Assembly (NCBI GenBank): GCA_964035545.1
Contig: OZ037773.1
Location: 6,105,751-6,169,750 of the forward strand
DNA length: 64,000 bases
From: Bugula neritina
Lineage: Eukaryota > Animalia > Bryozoa
Reading direction: 5' to 3'
Under the pieces are notes generated by a model. That model saw nothing but the letters and a program-made list of their open reading frames with translations. It did not search any database and was not told the origin of the DNA. Below, one piece after another: positions 1 through 12,872 of the stretch (position 1 is the first letter of the stretch; each line of letters starts with the position of its first letter). The position numbers were made by a program, and so were the translations under genes.

Positions 1-140
1 GTCTTTAGTGCTCACAGATATGACCTAGGTCGCACAGACCTAGTAAAACATGAAATCCTCTAGTGTCAGGAACCCACCCCTTTAAACAGAGACCATATCG
101 TCATGGCCTTGTCCAAGAAGAAGAAATTGAAAGACAGCGT
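1..140 (+). mobile_element. Ty3/Gypsy pol fragment (region just before RT), decayed, continues beyond window start
   Basis: Translates, with a frameshift, as VFSAHRYDLGRTDLVKHEI..GTHPFKQRPYRHGLVQEEEIERQ, the typical protease-RT linker of Gypsy pol. Confidence 0.7.
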
Positions 141-2400
141 ACAGCGGGCATCGATCTGTAGCTTCCATTGGGCGGCCATGCTTGCTAGCTTGGCAAACCT
201 CACATTGTAGTATCCGCAGTCGTACGTCTCGAGTCAGTCCGGGCCAGTACCACCGTAGCTGTAGACATCTGATGACTCGACTGGCCTCAGCATGGGCCTG
301 TTTATAGGTGTCCCAGATTAACTCCCGTCAAAGGGCATGTGGACATACGACGCGTTCTCTCTCCTGGTGATGGTTGTCTGCTGCCAGTGCTATGGTGAGC
401 AGGCCATCCTAGCTGACCTTGAGGGAATCCCAGCGGCGACAGAGATGTTGGAACTCAATGTTCCCCTGCCGCTGCTGCTCCTTCGTAGGTTGACGGTTCT
501 CCTTCTTGGTCTGGAATGTGTCAGCTACCACCCCTGGTAGCATCTCCGGCAGTCGGCACAGTTCCTTGACGTTCCGATGCAGAGTGGGGTTGGCCCGGAG
601 GGCATTGACGGTGTCTGATTGGGTTTCAGACTGGAGGTGGCCGTGTTCCCAACTATGGCTGTCGTCTTTCTCCAGCTGTTCTTCTACGTCAAGGCGAGCA
701 GGTCCCCTGTCCAGTCTCTCAATGTGCAGACACTGCTTAGAGTTCGCCTATGGCCGGCAGCTAATGCCCTTGGCGTTCTCCAGCAAACGAGCTACCTGGC
801 TCGAAGGCTCAGTGCGTTTGCGCAGCCATTTCAGTGATGCATGGTCGGTCAAAATCTGAACGTTCTTCTATACAGATATGGCTGGAAGTGCTTGACCGCC
901 TTGACTACTGCTAGGATCTCCTTTCTTTTTGTGCAGTAGTTCTTCTCAGCAGTCGAGAGAGTCTTGCTGTAGTAAGCCACTACCACCTCTGTTCCACCCT
1001 GGACTTGGGACAGCACAGCTCCCACACTGTGGTCACTGGCGTTGTTGTCCAGGATGTACTCTTTGGCCAGGTCAGGGTACGCCAGGATAGGCGCCTCTAT
1101 CAGCCGATTCTTGAGGTGGTTGAATGCCTGCTGCTTCTCCTGTGTCTACTGCCACCGGAATCCCTTGGCAGTTAGCTGATTCAAAGGCTGTTCCACCCCT
1201 GCAAACCCTGGTATGTACTGCTTATACTTGCTCCCTGCGAGAGCATCTAGACTCTAGAGACTCATCTATTCGAGGGAGGAGGTAAGCATCCTGGATGGTA
1301 ACACTATTGAGCTTGTGGTAGTTCATGCAGAACTTCTAGCTACCTTCACCTTCTTTCTTCTTGACCAGGACTACCAGAGAGCTCCACGCACCGTAGCCAG
1401 GTTCAATCAGATCCGGTCGAGAAGATTCTGTACTTGTCGACCCACCTCCTTCTCCGGGCCCAGTTGCCAGGTTGGCTGCCTGATGGGAGTGGTGTCGGCT
1501 GCCAAGAGTATCTCGTGACACTTAACCTTAGTCAGCCCCATGTCCCCGTCCCCGCAGCTGAAGACATCACTGCAATCCATGAGTAGTCGAGCCAGTTCTT
1601 GGCGTTAGGCAAGTTATTATGACAGTTTCCACAAGCTTCATCATACAGGTCAGCCACATGTTCTGGTACCACTCCTTGGCTGGCCCGGAGGGAAGGGTTC
1701 CCTGGGTGCTGGTCACTGTTTCTAGTGCCGGTCCTACGCCTGTTTTCTAGATGAAGTGGTACTTCTCCACCAGCACACCAGCTGACAGCTTGACAGGTTT
1801 GGCAGAAAGCAGACACTTCTTGGGCCCTCACAGCGGGCCTCCTCTTTGTTGTTTTGACCTTGAGGATTTTCAGAGGTCTTGAGGGTGGTTGGGAAGCTCT
1901 TATGAGTAAGCCGTATCCTCTTACACGACCTCGTCAGGTAACCCCACGAACCGGTTGTGAAGTGGCCAGGCAGAAGGTTCAGGTAAACCTTGCGTTTTCC
2001 GAGATCTCCGGGGTGCCTGCCACCTTGCGTCAGTAGACTCCTTCCGAGTACCGTACGGTGTGACAGGAGTTTTAGGTAGGTCTCTCGACCTCCTACTCTG
2101 ATGTGTCGGCTGTTCGGTGTCGATCGGCCCTGCTATCATCGTCCCTGGTGCTGCTTGGGATACTCTCCGGATGGGGTTGGCTTGGGGCCCACGGTTGACG
2201 AAAGTAACCGTGAGCCTCGAATGTTTAAAGGCATCCTCCTCCTCTGGAGACATTGCCGTCGTACGTGGCCCAAGGTGCCACACCCCCAACAAGTGAGCTG
2301 CGTAGGCTTGGCAGGGTTGTCCCAAGAATCGAGCATCCGCCTGTCAACCTGCTGCTGCTGCATTTTCAGCATCTCCATTTGCAGGCCTTTTACCATGTCT
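141..2400 (-). mobile_element. Degenerate Ty3/Gypsy LTR retrotransposon internal region (gag knuckle, partial RT, RNase H, integrase Zn finger)
   Basis: Minus strand gives CWGCGTLGHVRRQC (gag CCHC), AWSSLVVLVKKK..KFCMNYHKLN..DAYLLPRIDESL (RT start), LAYPDLAKEYILDNNASDHSVGAVLSQ..AYYSKTLS.AEKNY (RNase H) and YWPGLTRDVR..CEVCQ (integrase). Stops, frameshifts and deletions are present. Confidence 0.9.
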
Positions 2401-2424
2401 GTGTTGCATGAAATAATTAATTGG

Positions 2425-2755
2425 CACCATCAGACTAACCACTGTACCACCAGACTAACCAACCATTGTACCACCAGACTAACCACTGTACAATCGGACT
2501 AACCACTGTACCACCAGGTTAACCACTGTACCACTAGACTAACCACGGTACCATCAGACTAACCAACCATTGTACCACCAGACTAACCACTGTACAATCG
2601 GACTAACCACTGTACCACCAGATTAACCACTGTACCACCAGACTAGCCACTGTACCATCAGACTAACCACTGTACCACAAGACTAACCGCTGTACCACCA
2701 GACTAACCGCTGTACCATCAGACTAACCACTGTACTACCAGACTAACTACTGTAA
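2425..2755. repeat. Minisatellite, ~20-bp unit CAGACTAACCACTGTACCAC, ~16 copies
   Basis: Directly visible tandem array with occasional AACC insertions. Confidence 0.95.
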
Positions 2756-2769
2756 CCAACGGAAGAACA

Positions 2770-4050
2770 CCCAGGAAGTCTAACTGGTCTAACAGCATCA
2801 ATGACAAACAAAACCTTAAATTTATAAGCTTTGATATAGTCAATTTTTATCCTAGCATCACACAAGAGCTTCAACTGGATGCCTTGCAACTATCTAGTCT
2901 AAATTCTCCCGGAGGAGATAGACATAATGATGCGTGTCAGAAAATCTCTGCTATTTATTGCCAACCAACTCCAAGTAAAAAGATCTCAAAATTAAGTATT
3001 CGATGTACCAATGGGTTTCTTTGATAGTGCAGAAGTATGCGAACTAGTAGGTGCTTATATGCTCTCCATCAACTACCTACTAAGTTGCAAGCTAATATTG
3101 GCTTAGCCAGTTTGAAAGACCAATCCTAAACAGTTCAAAAATATAAAAAAGAACATATGCCAAGTCTTCAACTCTGTGGTCTTAAAACCAGCTAACGTCA
3201 CACTTGACCTTCTTGATGCTACTCATACACCACACAATATAAACCTGGCAATATCCCTACTTATATCCACCAAAGTATATAAACACTTTCTATCTATAAT
3301 TAAAGACATACAAAAATTCATTAACACATTTCTTTCTATATTTTCATCAAAGAAAAAAGTTTTTAACAGCGAAGCAAAAGAGTCTTAAACAGCAATGGTT
3401 GTAACTTCACCCTGCAACACTAAAAACAGTCTACCTACTGCAAAAGGAGAAGAAATATAATTCACCTTTTAGCAAGCATGTTACAACGCAATAGGTAGAC
3501 AACTCCTCAACATAATAGCCCAAGTGTTCCGCACTCCAATCATTCCCACTATAGGAAAGTTTTAACAAAAATACTCTTGAGTTGAGCAACTCTTGCATGC
3601 TCAATATGATGGGCAAGATCAACAGATCACTTCAGGAAAAAGGCTAATCACATGACAAGCTCTCTACCCACTACCAACAACAGAAAGGAAACATGCAAGC
3701 TGCAAGGGCCAATCCAATCCCCCCCCCCCGCCCCAAAAGGAAATACTAGCTTATATTCAAACATCATATACTAGGCTACTGTGAAATCTTCAGGCAACAC
3801 CGACACATATATTGGCTTATGTGAAACTGAGTTCAAACATTCTATGCACTGAGCTATAATTATATGGAAGCACATATGGTACTTTAAGGTATAAGCTATG
3901 AAATATCATGGAAGATCATCACCTATGCCTCTAGCCATAAACCTATTTCAAAGCAGTGCAAGCTGTGCATTTTAGAAAAATACTATATTATGCGCAAACC
4001 TTTTTATTTTAAATTCTATGCATATATTGTTGCACCAATAAAACATAAAA
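2770..4050 (+). mobile_element. Degenerate Penelope-like element (RT + GIY-YIG endonuclease)
   Basis: Fragments FISFDIVNFYPSITQEL, DVPMGFFDSAEVCELVGAYML, NIIY*ATVKS..TYIGLCETEFK and CKLCILEKYYI match PLE RT and GIY-YIG motifs. Many disabling mutations. Confidence 0.85.
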
Positions 4051-5579
4051 TATCACAAAGCTGTTACAGTCTTGGTCGTGAGAAATCTCACATAGTCAGA
4101 TGAACAATTCTGATGAATATTTGAATTGTAATGTTGAATTATTAATTAAATGTTAATTGGAACAAAAGAATTTATGCCTGCAGGGCAATCTTCAATGACA
4201 ACATTCGAAAGATTGTGGATGTGAGTTCAGGAAATATTTTGACTTTCTGAAAGATAGTCAAAAGTGTCAATTTAATTCTGTTTATAAGAATTTCGGAAAT
4301 GAAGTTGTTAGAAAATAATTTTCACTACCCTGGCAAGTTGCAGAAGTGTTGGGGATATGATAGTTTGTCTAATAGCCATCTGAATCTATCTGATAGATAT
4401 TTGAACTGTGGTAATAAGTTAGATAGTTGGTGTGATTTATACAATCTAGATTCTAGTGCTTAATAAAATATATAAATGTTTTGATACAAAACTAAACATC
4501 AGTAGGGAAAATTAGGTGTTATTGATGGTGTAGTTGGCACAGCCACATAATAAGTTCACTATATCAATGTACATGCATAAAGCAAATGTAAATATTATCA
4601 TCGTTTATTAAGTAAATACAAAAAAGCAGCATTGAGAAATCTAGAAGAACACACAGGGCTAGTAGCACCAATCATTGATGATTTAAAGTGAACCAACATT
4701 AAATAAATACTAGTAAATTCTACACACAGTCTTAAAAAGAGGGAGCATAATTATCGAGTAAGAGAAATCAATAAAGCACAGCCACATGAGCTATTGAAAA
4801 GAAGGTCCAATATTACAAACTTCCATGAAGTAAATATTATAATAACAGTCTATATTGTTATAATATTATATAAAATGCTTTATACATATCGCTGTAATAT
4901 GTAAAACTATACTAATACACGCTGTGATACATCATACCACAAATTATTGCAATATAAACCTCAGTACATATTATTGAAATATATAATATTTTTCATACAT
5001 ACTGTAATGTATAAAATATTGTATAACGTCAGGCCAACTTAGTAGATAGTGAAGAAACATATAATATGTCTACACTGTATACCCAACAGTGCTGTTACTA
5101 TGGAAGATTGAAGGCTTTAGACAAGTTTGCAGCACCACATGGGTTGTGAAACATGTAACACATAAAATGTAGCTTCTGATAGGTAAGTAGAGTGGACTTT
5201 CACTTTTTAATGATATAAAAGAGTTGGATTAACAGAAAATTACTAGACAGGAAACAGCGGCTTTGTACCATCAGTTCTAGAGCTATTCAAACCACTATCT
5301 TTATTCTATATTGATATATATAGTACTATATTAAGCAAATCTTTTGATATTCATCCAGAGCTTTCACATGGTCACTCATATGACTAGATTAGCAGTCAAA
5401 CATTTACAAATTGAAAATTGAATCTCTGAGAATTATGATGAGCAATGCCTTAGTTCCAACACAACACATAGTAGAAACTGGGGCTACATTCTGATGATAT
5501 TGTTTACAGAGATTGTACAGCTTGTGGCCCTACACACTGCAGGGGGAGGGTAGAGATGAGACGTTCGTATTCCTTGGCA

Positions 5580-8500
5580 TTAGTTTGCAAGTTTTTTATC
5601 ACAGAGTGCTATGACTTCATTGAGAATTGCTTTCTCACCTTCGACTTGCATCGTTGCCATAGTAACATGACGAGCATCAAGCTGGTCCAAAAACTCTGCA
5701 TCGGAAAACCTCTGTAAATAATTGAATGAAAAAAATTAAACAACTTCTCTATACAATTCCATGTAGAGAAGGAAGTGTAAAAATATACCGTCACTGGCCA
5801 ATCATAATGTAGTCAACTACTACAGATACTTGACACAGCCAAAGAAAAGTCGGTTGTAAAAAAGACAAGTTTGCAAACCAACAGGTTATATGGTTACATC
5901 ATGTTATAACATCAAACTATTACTATTTGTAGGTAATGAAGCAGCTGTAATATGGTACTGGCTTACTGAGAGTGGGTTTGAATCCCGGCCCATCATAACT
6001 ACTCCAGTGCCACAGTGAATAAGTACTTAGCCTACCCTTAGTTCGATTGAAAAGAACATCCAGTTATTGTTAGCTGCAGGTAGGTTCTGTTAAGAATACT
6101 AACCCCGGTATAAGTTCTGAGTAACAATGAACATCGAACTTTTAGGAAGTTCCAGCACTTCCTGTCATTCTCTTCACTGATTGGCTCAAGCGATTCTCTC
6201 AACTCATCTCCTGACTCTCTTTCAACCAATAAATTCATTTCATCTGCCAAGTTAACACAAAACATTATAAAGCAAACCTATGATTGGTCACAACTTTTTC
6301 CAATACCTAGTAAACTAACAAATAAAATGTCTAATTATATTATAAAATCTCTTAAAAATAGCTTACCTGAATTCTATTATAAAAGAGTTGATATTAAACA
6401 TTGTATGTTGTATGTATAAAACTCCAGTCCATAGAATAAACTACAGCTTACCCTCTGAGGCATTGAAGACTCGAAGGAACATGAGCAGATCTTCAGGTAG
6501 AGAGTCGTCTTTGGGTTTACCTAAGAAGAACAGGTGGGACTCCCTAAACAAAACAAGTAGATTCATACTGCAGGTTAATGTAATTGCGAGTTATTGGCAT
6601 CTCCACACAACTAACTAGTTGTAATAATTTGATCTTTGTAAGCTACTTGTATAATGATTTTATTAAAAGGTTTTCATAAATTACACTTATAAAACAAAAC
6701 TATATAATAATACAATGCTATAATAATTCCATTAATAAGTAAAGTATTTATCAATTAAATTTATATGGCACGAGTCGGACAATTTACATCAGTGGTTCCC
6801 AACCTGTTTCATACTATTCCCCCCTTTCATAAATGTTGACTATTGATTTCCCTCCTTTCGCAAATTAAAAAACTTTTATGACTGACAATGATAATATATG
6901 ATAAAACGCAATATATATTCTGCCTCACATGGATAGGTGGTGTTGGGTCATGGGTGGCACTAAAACTTTGCTTTGTGAGCTATATGTGGAGAGAGTTGGT
7001 TTGTTGAAACCCAGAATTATTTTAGGTAAAAATGGCACAGGTAATAATGGCACAAATGGAAAAGTGGGTAAAATGGCACACTTTCAATATTAGGATTGAA
7101 GATTTGGGGTGGGAGTTATAAGGGGTTCAGGATGTGTGGTTTGGAGGTTTGGGTTTTTCGTTTGGGAAAATTTAACACCAGTGTGCGACTTTTACCTAAA
7201 ATCGGAATAGGTTTTTCTCCTATAATGGTTCATTGAGTGTGTGGAAAGACACCATGTTTTTGATAGAGACGCCACCACTTTAGTGTAACTTTATAAAAAC
7301 ATTATTGCTGCTACATGAAATGCAATGATACGATGACTGCAAATTTGCATTTCCAGGTTCAGATTACTTAGTGTAGCAAATATATGCACTAGATATGTAG
7401 TGTACAGTTCATAGAGATTGACTTGCATGACTGCTAAAAGTTGGCTTGTTGGTTTTTGCAAATTTTTTGACCTCAATTCGAAGTAGCAAAGAGAGCAGTT
7501 AGAGTAGAGTATTTCATGAACACTTGCAAAAGCTTAAAAAGCCTTCAACAAACTGTGTGAATTTTCCAAAATCCAAATTCCCCCTTGAAACGTCTAAATT
7601 CCTCCCTATGGGGGAACTCCCCCCAAGTTAGAAACCACTGCTTTAAAAACCCTTTTCATCAGGGATAGTAACTATAAACTTCCTCGTTTTTAACTTCACA
7701 ATAGATTGAGTTTACCCATTCTACATACATGTAATTTAACGTACATAATGTGACCTATACAATCAAACTTTTGTTGTGAGCAAATTAATAGAGCAGAATC
7801 ACATGGTTTTCATTAGAAATACTCAAATACAAAAGAAACTATGACAAATAGAAAAAACTTACCCTTTAACCCCGTAGTTAGTCAGTATTGCTTGTCTGGT
7901 CTTTACAAACTTATCTGTCTTTGAAAAGCCTACAAATATTATTCAAACAATTAAAAACATTATTCAAAGTCATGTTTTATAATCATTAAACTCCTTATAT
8001 CTTCAAGCTAGATTGATGCTAAACTAGATACTGTACAGTGTACAAGTATGTTTTACAATGAAGGGAGACAACCCTGTTAAAAACTTTTCTTGAAACTTAT
8101 TGCGTGTTTTGTGTGTGATATCAGCTATGGAATGTCGGAAGACGCTGTGTTATTATCGGACAGAAAGAGAATATAAATCTCATCTGAGAATACGTTCCTA
8201 GTCAAAGTAATGCAATACATGTAGGAACACAGAAGTCTACCATTTAAATGTACAAATCCTACGCTTGCCAAATATCACAGAATTTATATATTACATGAAG
8301 ATACATTTATATTAAGCACATTTCAACCTTTCTAAATGCATAAAACTGTCTTAGATGACGGACGGAATTTACTATTCAATCGGTGATATTAGATCGTCAT
8401 GGAGAGGGTTGAGTTTAAAATTGTAAATCAACAATATATATACATGTAATGTAAAACCAATCATCAATAAAGTTATTCATGGCTACATAATTCACAATAA

Positions 8501-11500
8501 AGCTTGCTTGTACTTAGGATTTATCTTTTCTTTTGATGCATAATTTCCATAAATCAATGATTTTACATTCTTTTACGACAAACTTCTTTTTTGCTAGATA
8601 TCTTTCAAGTAAAAATTCATACCTTTTTTCTAAACAACACCAACATGAATACTACTTGATGCCTAAAAGTGGAATGGTAAACTCATGAAGAAGTTGTCTT
8701 ACCCAGTCTGAGTATTACTGAGTCATTACAGTTATCACGGCACACGAACCCGTTGTGTACCAGGAAGTTGGCGTTGGGTCGGTTGCCGTAGCAGATAAAC
8801 ACCTGATCTCCGGGTTCGCAGACGTCCATTGAGTAACAGTGACACTCATTGAGATCTTCATTGTAATTTGTCAACATCTATAATAACATATGAATTACTA
8901 GAATAGACATCATTGTCTAGCATATGACATTCAGACACTATTCAAAGTAATAACTCAATAGAACATGCCTCATTTAAATGTCACTACCAAATCTCAGCTT
9001 TTGAATGACAAGAGATGAAATCAGAAACGCCACTTCTAGTATCTACAGCTCGCTCAGTTTACTCACACATATTTGTGGTTGAAAAATCTAAGAAAACAAC
9101 CCAGCTCACAATAACACTAGTACAGGCATACTTAGTATTCTGTGAAAATACACAATTACAATCTTCTTCCATAGATCACTAAATATTTTGACAACACAAT
9201 ACTCTAAATTTAGAGTTGCGGCATAGACCTACCTCGCCCTGCTTGTGGTTACACATGTCCCAGAAAGGGATGAGTACGAGAGAAGTCTGATCACCACCCT
9301 TAACCTCAACATCTGTAGCCTCAGGATTCTTGGGTATCATGTTCTGTCTAGTCATGATGGTAGACACCGCCCACCTGAACAGCGCATATTGTAAACCTGG
9401 ATCTGATTGGCTACTGGGAATACCCTAATTCTAATCAAAGTGAAGCTGATATGAAGTAGAACTTCGAACTTTAGCTTTATAAATGCGTCGACCAGATGAA
9501 TAAAAAAGATTTGCGTTACTTGAAGGAACAATGAGCTTGCTATGATATTTCAGTTATACAGGGCTTCCTTCATGTCTCACGGATCCATTTCTCACGAAAT
9601 TCCATAAGTCATGCGAAAGGTTTGGACCCCTATTTTGTGGCTTATGTATGTGTGTATAGGGACAATATGGCCAAATTCAACGGACCTGAGCGTTAAATCT
9701 AGTATTCTACTGTCACAAATTTAGGTTTCAGAACCGGCAGCTTAGTAAGATACGCAGCTTAGTGATACAAGCAGCTTAGTGAGATACAGAGGGAGCACTC
9801 TATTTATGTAAAGAGAAGATTACTCTCAGCCAGAATACCTGTACAAGTCATAGGTAAAGTGTTTAGCCATGACGGGGTATTTGCCGGCCTGGTTGGTGAA
9901 GATGGACCAGAAGTAGGAGTACTGTCTGGCTATGTTCCTCTGGAGATGTATGCAGTGCTCATACGTGGGAGATCCCTTGAGCAGCGAGATCTCTTCCAAA
10001 GAGAAGTAGAGAGGCGTGTCGTAACTCCTAGGCAGCATGTCTGGAACAGACAGACAGACAATTTCTTAATGGACTGAAAACCTGTCTAAACTCCTTAGTA
10101 CATAAGAAAAAAGTATCATTGATAAAAGAGCTGCCATAGGTACTCACATCTGAAATACTCACACAATGATAAAACTGCTATAAACATTATAGATAAAGAA
10201 ATGTTTAAAAAATATAACACAATTCCTAAATTCATATATTACATTTGGTGACTAAACAAACTCTTTATTATAAAAGTACTGAAAAGCCATTTCAAATTGA
10301 GTAGATTATCAGGTCTCACCAATATATGGTCTCCATGACGACGATTTGTCTAGTTTCTCAGCTATGAGGTAAAGAGACAAGGCTACATTTGGCATTCGTG
10401 AGGCTATAGGATCTGTCTTTAACAGCTGGCCTACAATTATTAGGATATCAGTGAATCAATGAAACTAGAGCAGAAACTAATAACAAAGCAGTTGTTAGCT
10501 GAATCAGCTTTTATGGCAGTAGTAGTGGTAGTAGTAGTAGTAACTAGCAGCAGCAGCAGTAGTAGTAGCAGCAGTAGCAGCAGCAGTAGTAGTAGTAGTA
10601 TTGTAGTATTTATCGGCAATGACTTACCTATGCTAGAGATTGTTGTATCAACTACCATCATTAGAGATCTTGGTATGCATAAAAACATCTCATGGGCCTG
10701 AAAAATATCAAAGCAACCTGAGGTTAGCAGTAGCATAGTACTAGTTCAACCTATCAATAGGTTATCACAATATTTAAAAGGATATACAAGAGCCAATACA
10801 CATTAAATAGTTGAATAATTGAATAATTAAAAACTTTGAAAGACATTGTAGCCTACATTTATCTTCTGAGTAGCCCGAAGTCCAAGACCGAACTCTTCAA
10901 ATGCAGTCAATTCCACTTTATCACTTTTAGCCCCTCTCTCATGACACCAAGAAATAAATTTATTGAGTTTCTGCTCTCTACTGGGTAAATCTAAATAAAA
11001 TGAAATTAATACAAATGCTTATAATTCAGCTACAATATTGTGTGACAATACTGAAAACTATGCCATGTATTATACAGACAGTGTAGGCTATAAGTTGAAA
11101 GATCAAGGGAGAGGGAGTGTGTTAGAACTGCTGAGAAGAAGGTTGCACAACTTATTACATCATCTAACCTGTTTCTGTTTCATCCGCCTGCAGCTTGAGA
11201 ATCTTCTGCACAAGTTCATTGATCTCTCTGCTACTATTTTCGATCTCTTTAGCATTTGGTGTGAGAGAGCTAGCTAAGTAAAAGACATTAATCTTGAAAT
11301 CAGCACCTTGTCCTGCTTACAGTTAGGCATATTATAGTGACAGTATATGATAAATTGAAATTTCTTTAGAACTTATGTAAAAAGTATCACTAATAGCTCG
11401 GTTGAAAATGGTTATTCCATTATTAAAGTTTGTTTCACAATTCTTTCAACAATGTTGTTCACTGCATTAGAATGTAAATCTACAGCAATTTTAGGCAGAT

Positions 11501-12375
11501 TCAGTTTAAATTCAAAAAGTCAGAAATGTTTAAATCTGTTCCAATCACCTATCAGTATGAGCATAAGTAAGTAGCACCTGCAAGTGTAATAATTTGAATT
11601 ACAAAAAAGATTCCAAAGTTCAAAATATATAAATAAAATGAACCATTGAAATTTTTAAAATATTGAATTGCAAGCCATTAGAACTAGTCAAACTTGTTGA
11701 CTTAATCAGGTTGACTAAAAACACGAGAAGAACCTTAAAACTTATAAGTTAAAGTTATGAAGTTTCAGCAGAGCTACAAAACTAAGCACACAAAGTTATT
11801 TATCGTCACTATGACTATGATTAAATAGTGAATATTTCAAGTAAAATCTCACTTTCTTTCTGATTGCTGCATTAGCATCCAACATTAAATTTAAACTAAA
11901 TCGAAAAATCATAGTTTTGATAGTTTAGAACAAAGACTGGAGGAGTAATAACTACTAAATAAAACTAAACGTAATAATCATAAGTATAACTAATACTATT
12001 AGTCTATTACTTTAAGTATAAGATTAGGAAACCAGCCGCAGGTCAAGTAGAGAACCAAGTCCAAAGTGAAAGTGAAAGTAATACAACACCAACTGCTTAT
12101 ACTCATAATGACACCCGTACCCATACTGATACTGACTTACAGTTAGTGTTACACTGACTCATGCCGATAGTCAATGTCATAGTGATTCAGATCATCATAT
12201 TGATATTTATATTCATAATTCATTGTGATACTCATACTCACTCTACTTCGAATTTTAACTTAGTCTTACCCGTAAGCAGCTGATCGTTCAAACTCGTGAG
12301 CTCTTCATACAATTTTACAGCTTTATCTGTCTGCTTTCGAGCAACTGTTTGAGAGGTTGCCCGTTTTTTCCCCAT
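5580..12375 (-). CDS. SETD3: Actin-histidine N-methyltransferase SETD3, 12 coding exons, ~491 aa
   Basis: Exons 12375-12270, 11273-11169, 10990-10857, 10697-10628, 10430-10320, 10040-9839, 9374-9233, 8877-8703, 7929-7863, 6543-6452, 6243-6104, 5711-5580; all GT-AG with consistent phases. Motifs MGKK.., FGLGLRAT, YDTPLYF, NIARQY.YF, YRWAVSTIMTRQN, LIPFWDMCNH, YGNRPNANFLVHNGF, GEKAIL. Confidence 0.95.
6790..7640. mobile_element. Non-autonomous hAT (Charlie-like) element in SETD3 intron
   Basis: TIRs CAGTGGTTCCCAACCT / AAGTTAGAAACCACTG. The 8-bp flanks are only partly similar (atttacat vs ctttaaaa), so the insertion is old. Confidence 0.65.
7020..7201. mobile_element. Small TIR element nested inside the hAT element
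   Basis: Ends TTTTAGGTAAAAATGGCACA and TGTGCGACTTTTACCTAAAA are inverted repeats; AATGGCACA occurs three times subterminally. Confidence 0.55.
9557..9802. mobile_element. Tc1/mariner-pogo-type MITE in SETD3 intron
   Basis: TA flanks and imperfect TIRs TACAGGGCTTCCTTCATGTCTCAC / GTGAGATACAGAGGGAGCACTCTA (17/24 match); internal GCAGCTTAGT x3. Confidence 0.5.
10519..10600. repeat. (AGT)n/(AGC)n microsatellite in SETD3 intron 4
   Basis: Directly visible; explains the poly-L/T and poly-V/S ORFs. Confidence 0.95.
11945..12265. repeat. Degenerate hexamer-periodic tract at start of SETD3 intron 1
   Basis: Runs such as GTATGA GTATCA CAATGA ..AATATA AATATC AATATG on the minus strand begin right after the first donor (12269). 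Confidence 0.75.
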
Positions 12376-12872
12376 ATTATTTTAGCTAAAATCAAATTAC
12401 TTAATTACAATTAGGAAATTAAATAGAGCAGGATAAATATTAATATTACACAAATCTGATGGAAATAGTATTCTGTGAGTACCAGTATATCTGTTGATCC
12501 AGGATCGTCTTTTAAAAGGTCCCCTGTGAAGACGTCAGTTTTTTCTTTCTCCTTGACTATGCATTAAATGGAATCGCGGACTGTACAAAATTTTAGGAGC
12601 AACAACTTCCAAATAATATGAGGTTTACGCAAGCACACGCAATACTAGAGGTGCAGATTTATTAATATTGTCTCAGCAAGCAGTCTAACTACTGCATAAG
12701 CTAAACAATGTAGTCTTTATAGCCGGGTATTTTATTTCTAAAAGTTAGATTCAACAAGCCCAAAATGAATCACACCATCTCAAACTAAAAAATTAGAAAA
12801 ATGGTCAGAATAGGCAGAATTATAGACAAATATTAAAGAAACTTATAAAAACAAAAAACTAACACAAGGTCA

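Noticed and set aside
4075-4135. Possible hammerhead ribozyme at the PLE 3' end (CTGATGA at ~4110)
   Set aside because: No properly placed GAAA or stems II/III could be identified.
4140-4460. Possible missing ATRIP C-terminal exon (RWLLDKL on the minus strand)
   Set aside because: Only a short chance-level resemblance, interrupted by TAG TGA, and it would need SETD3 nested on the same strand.
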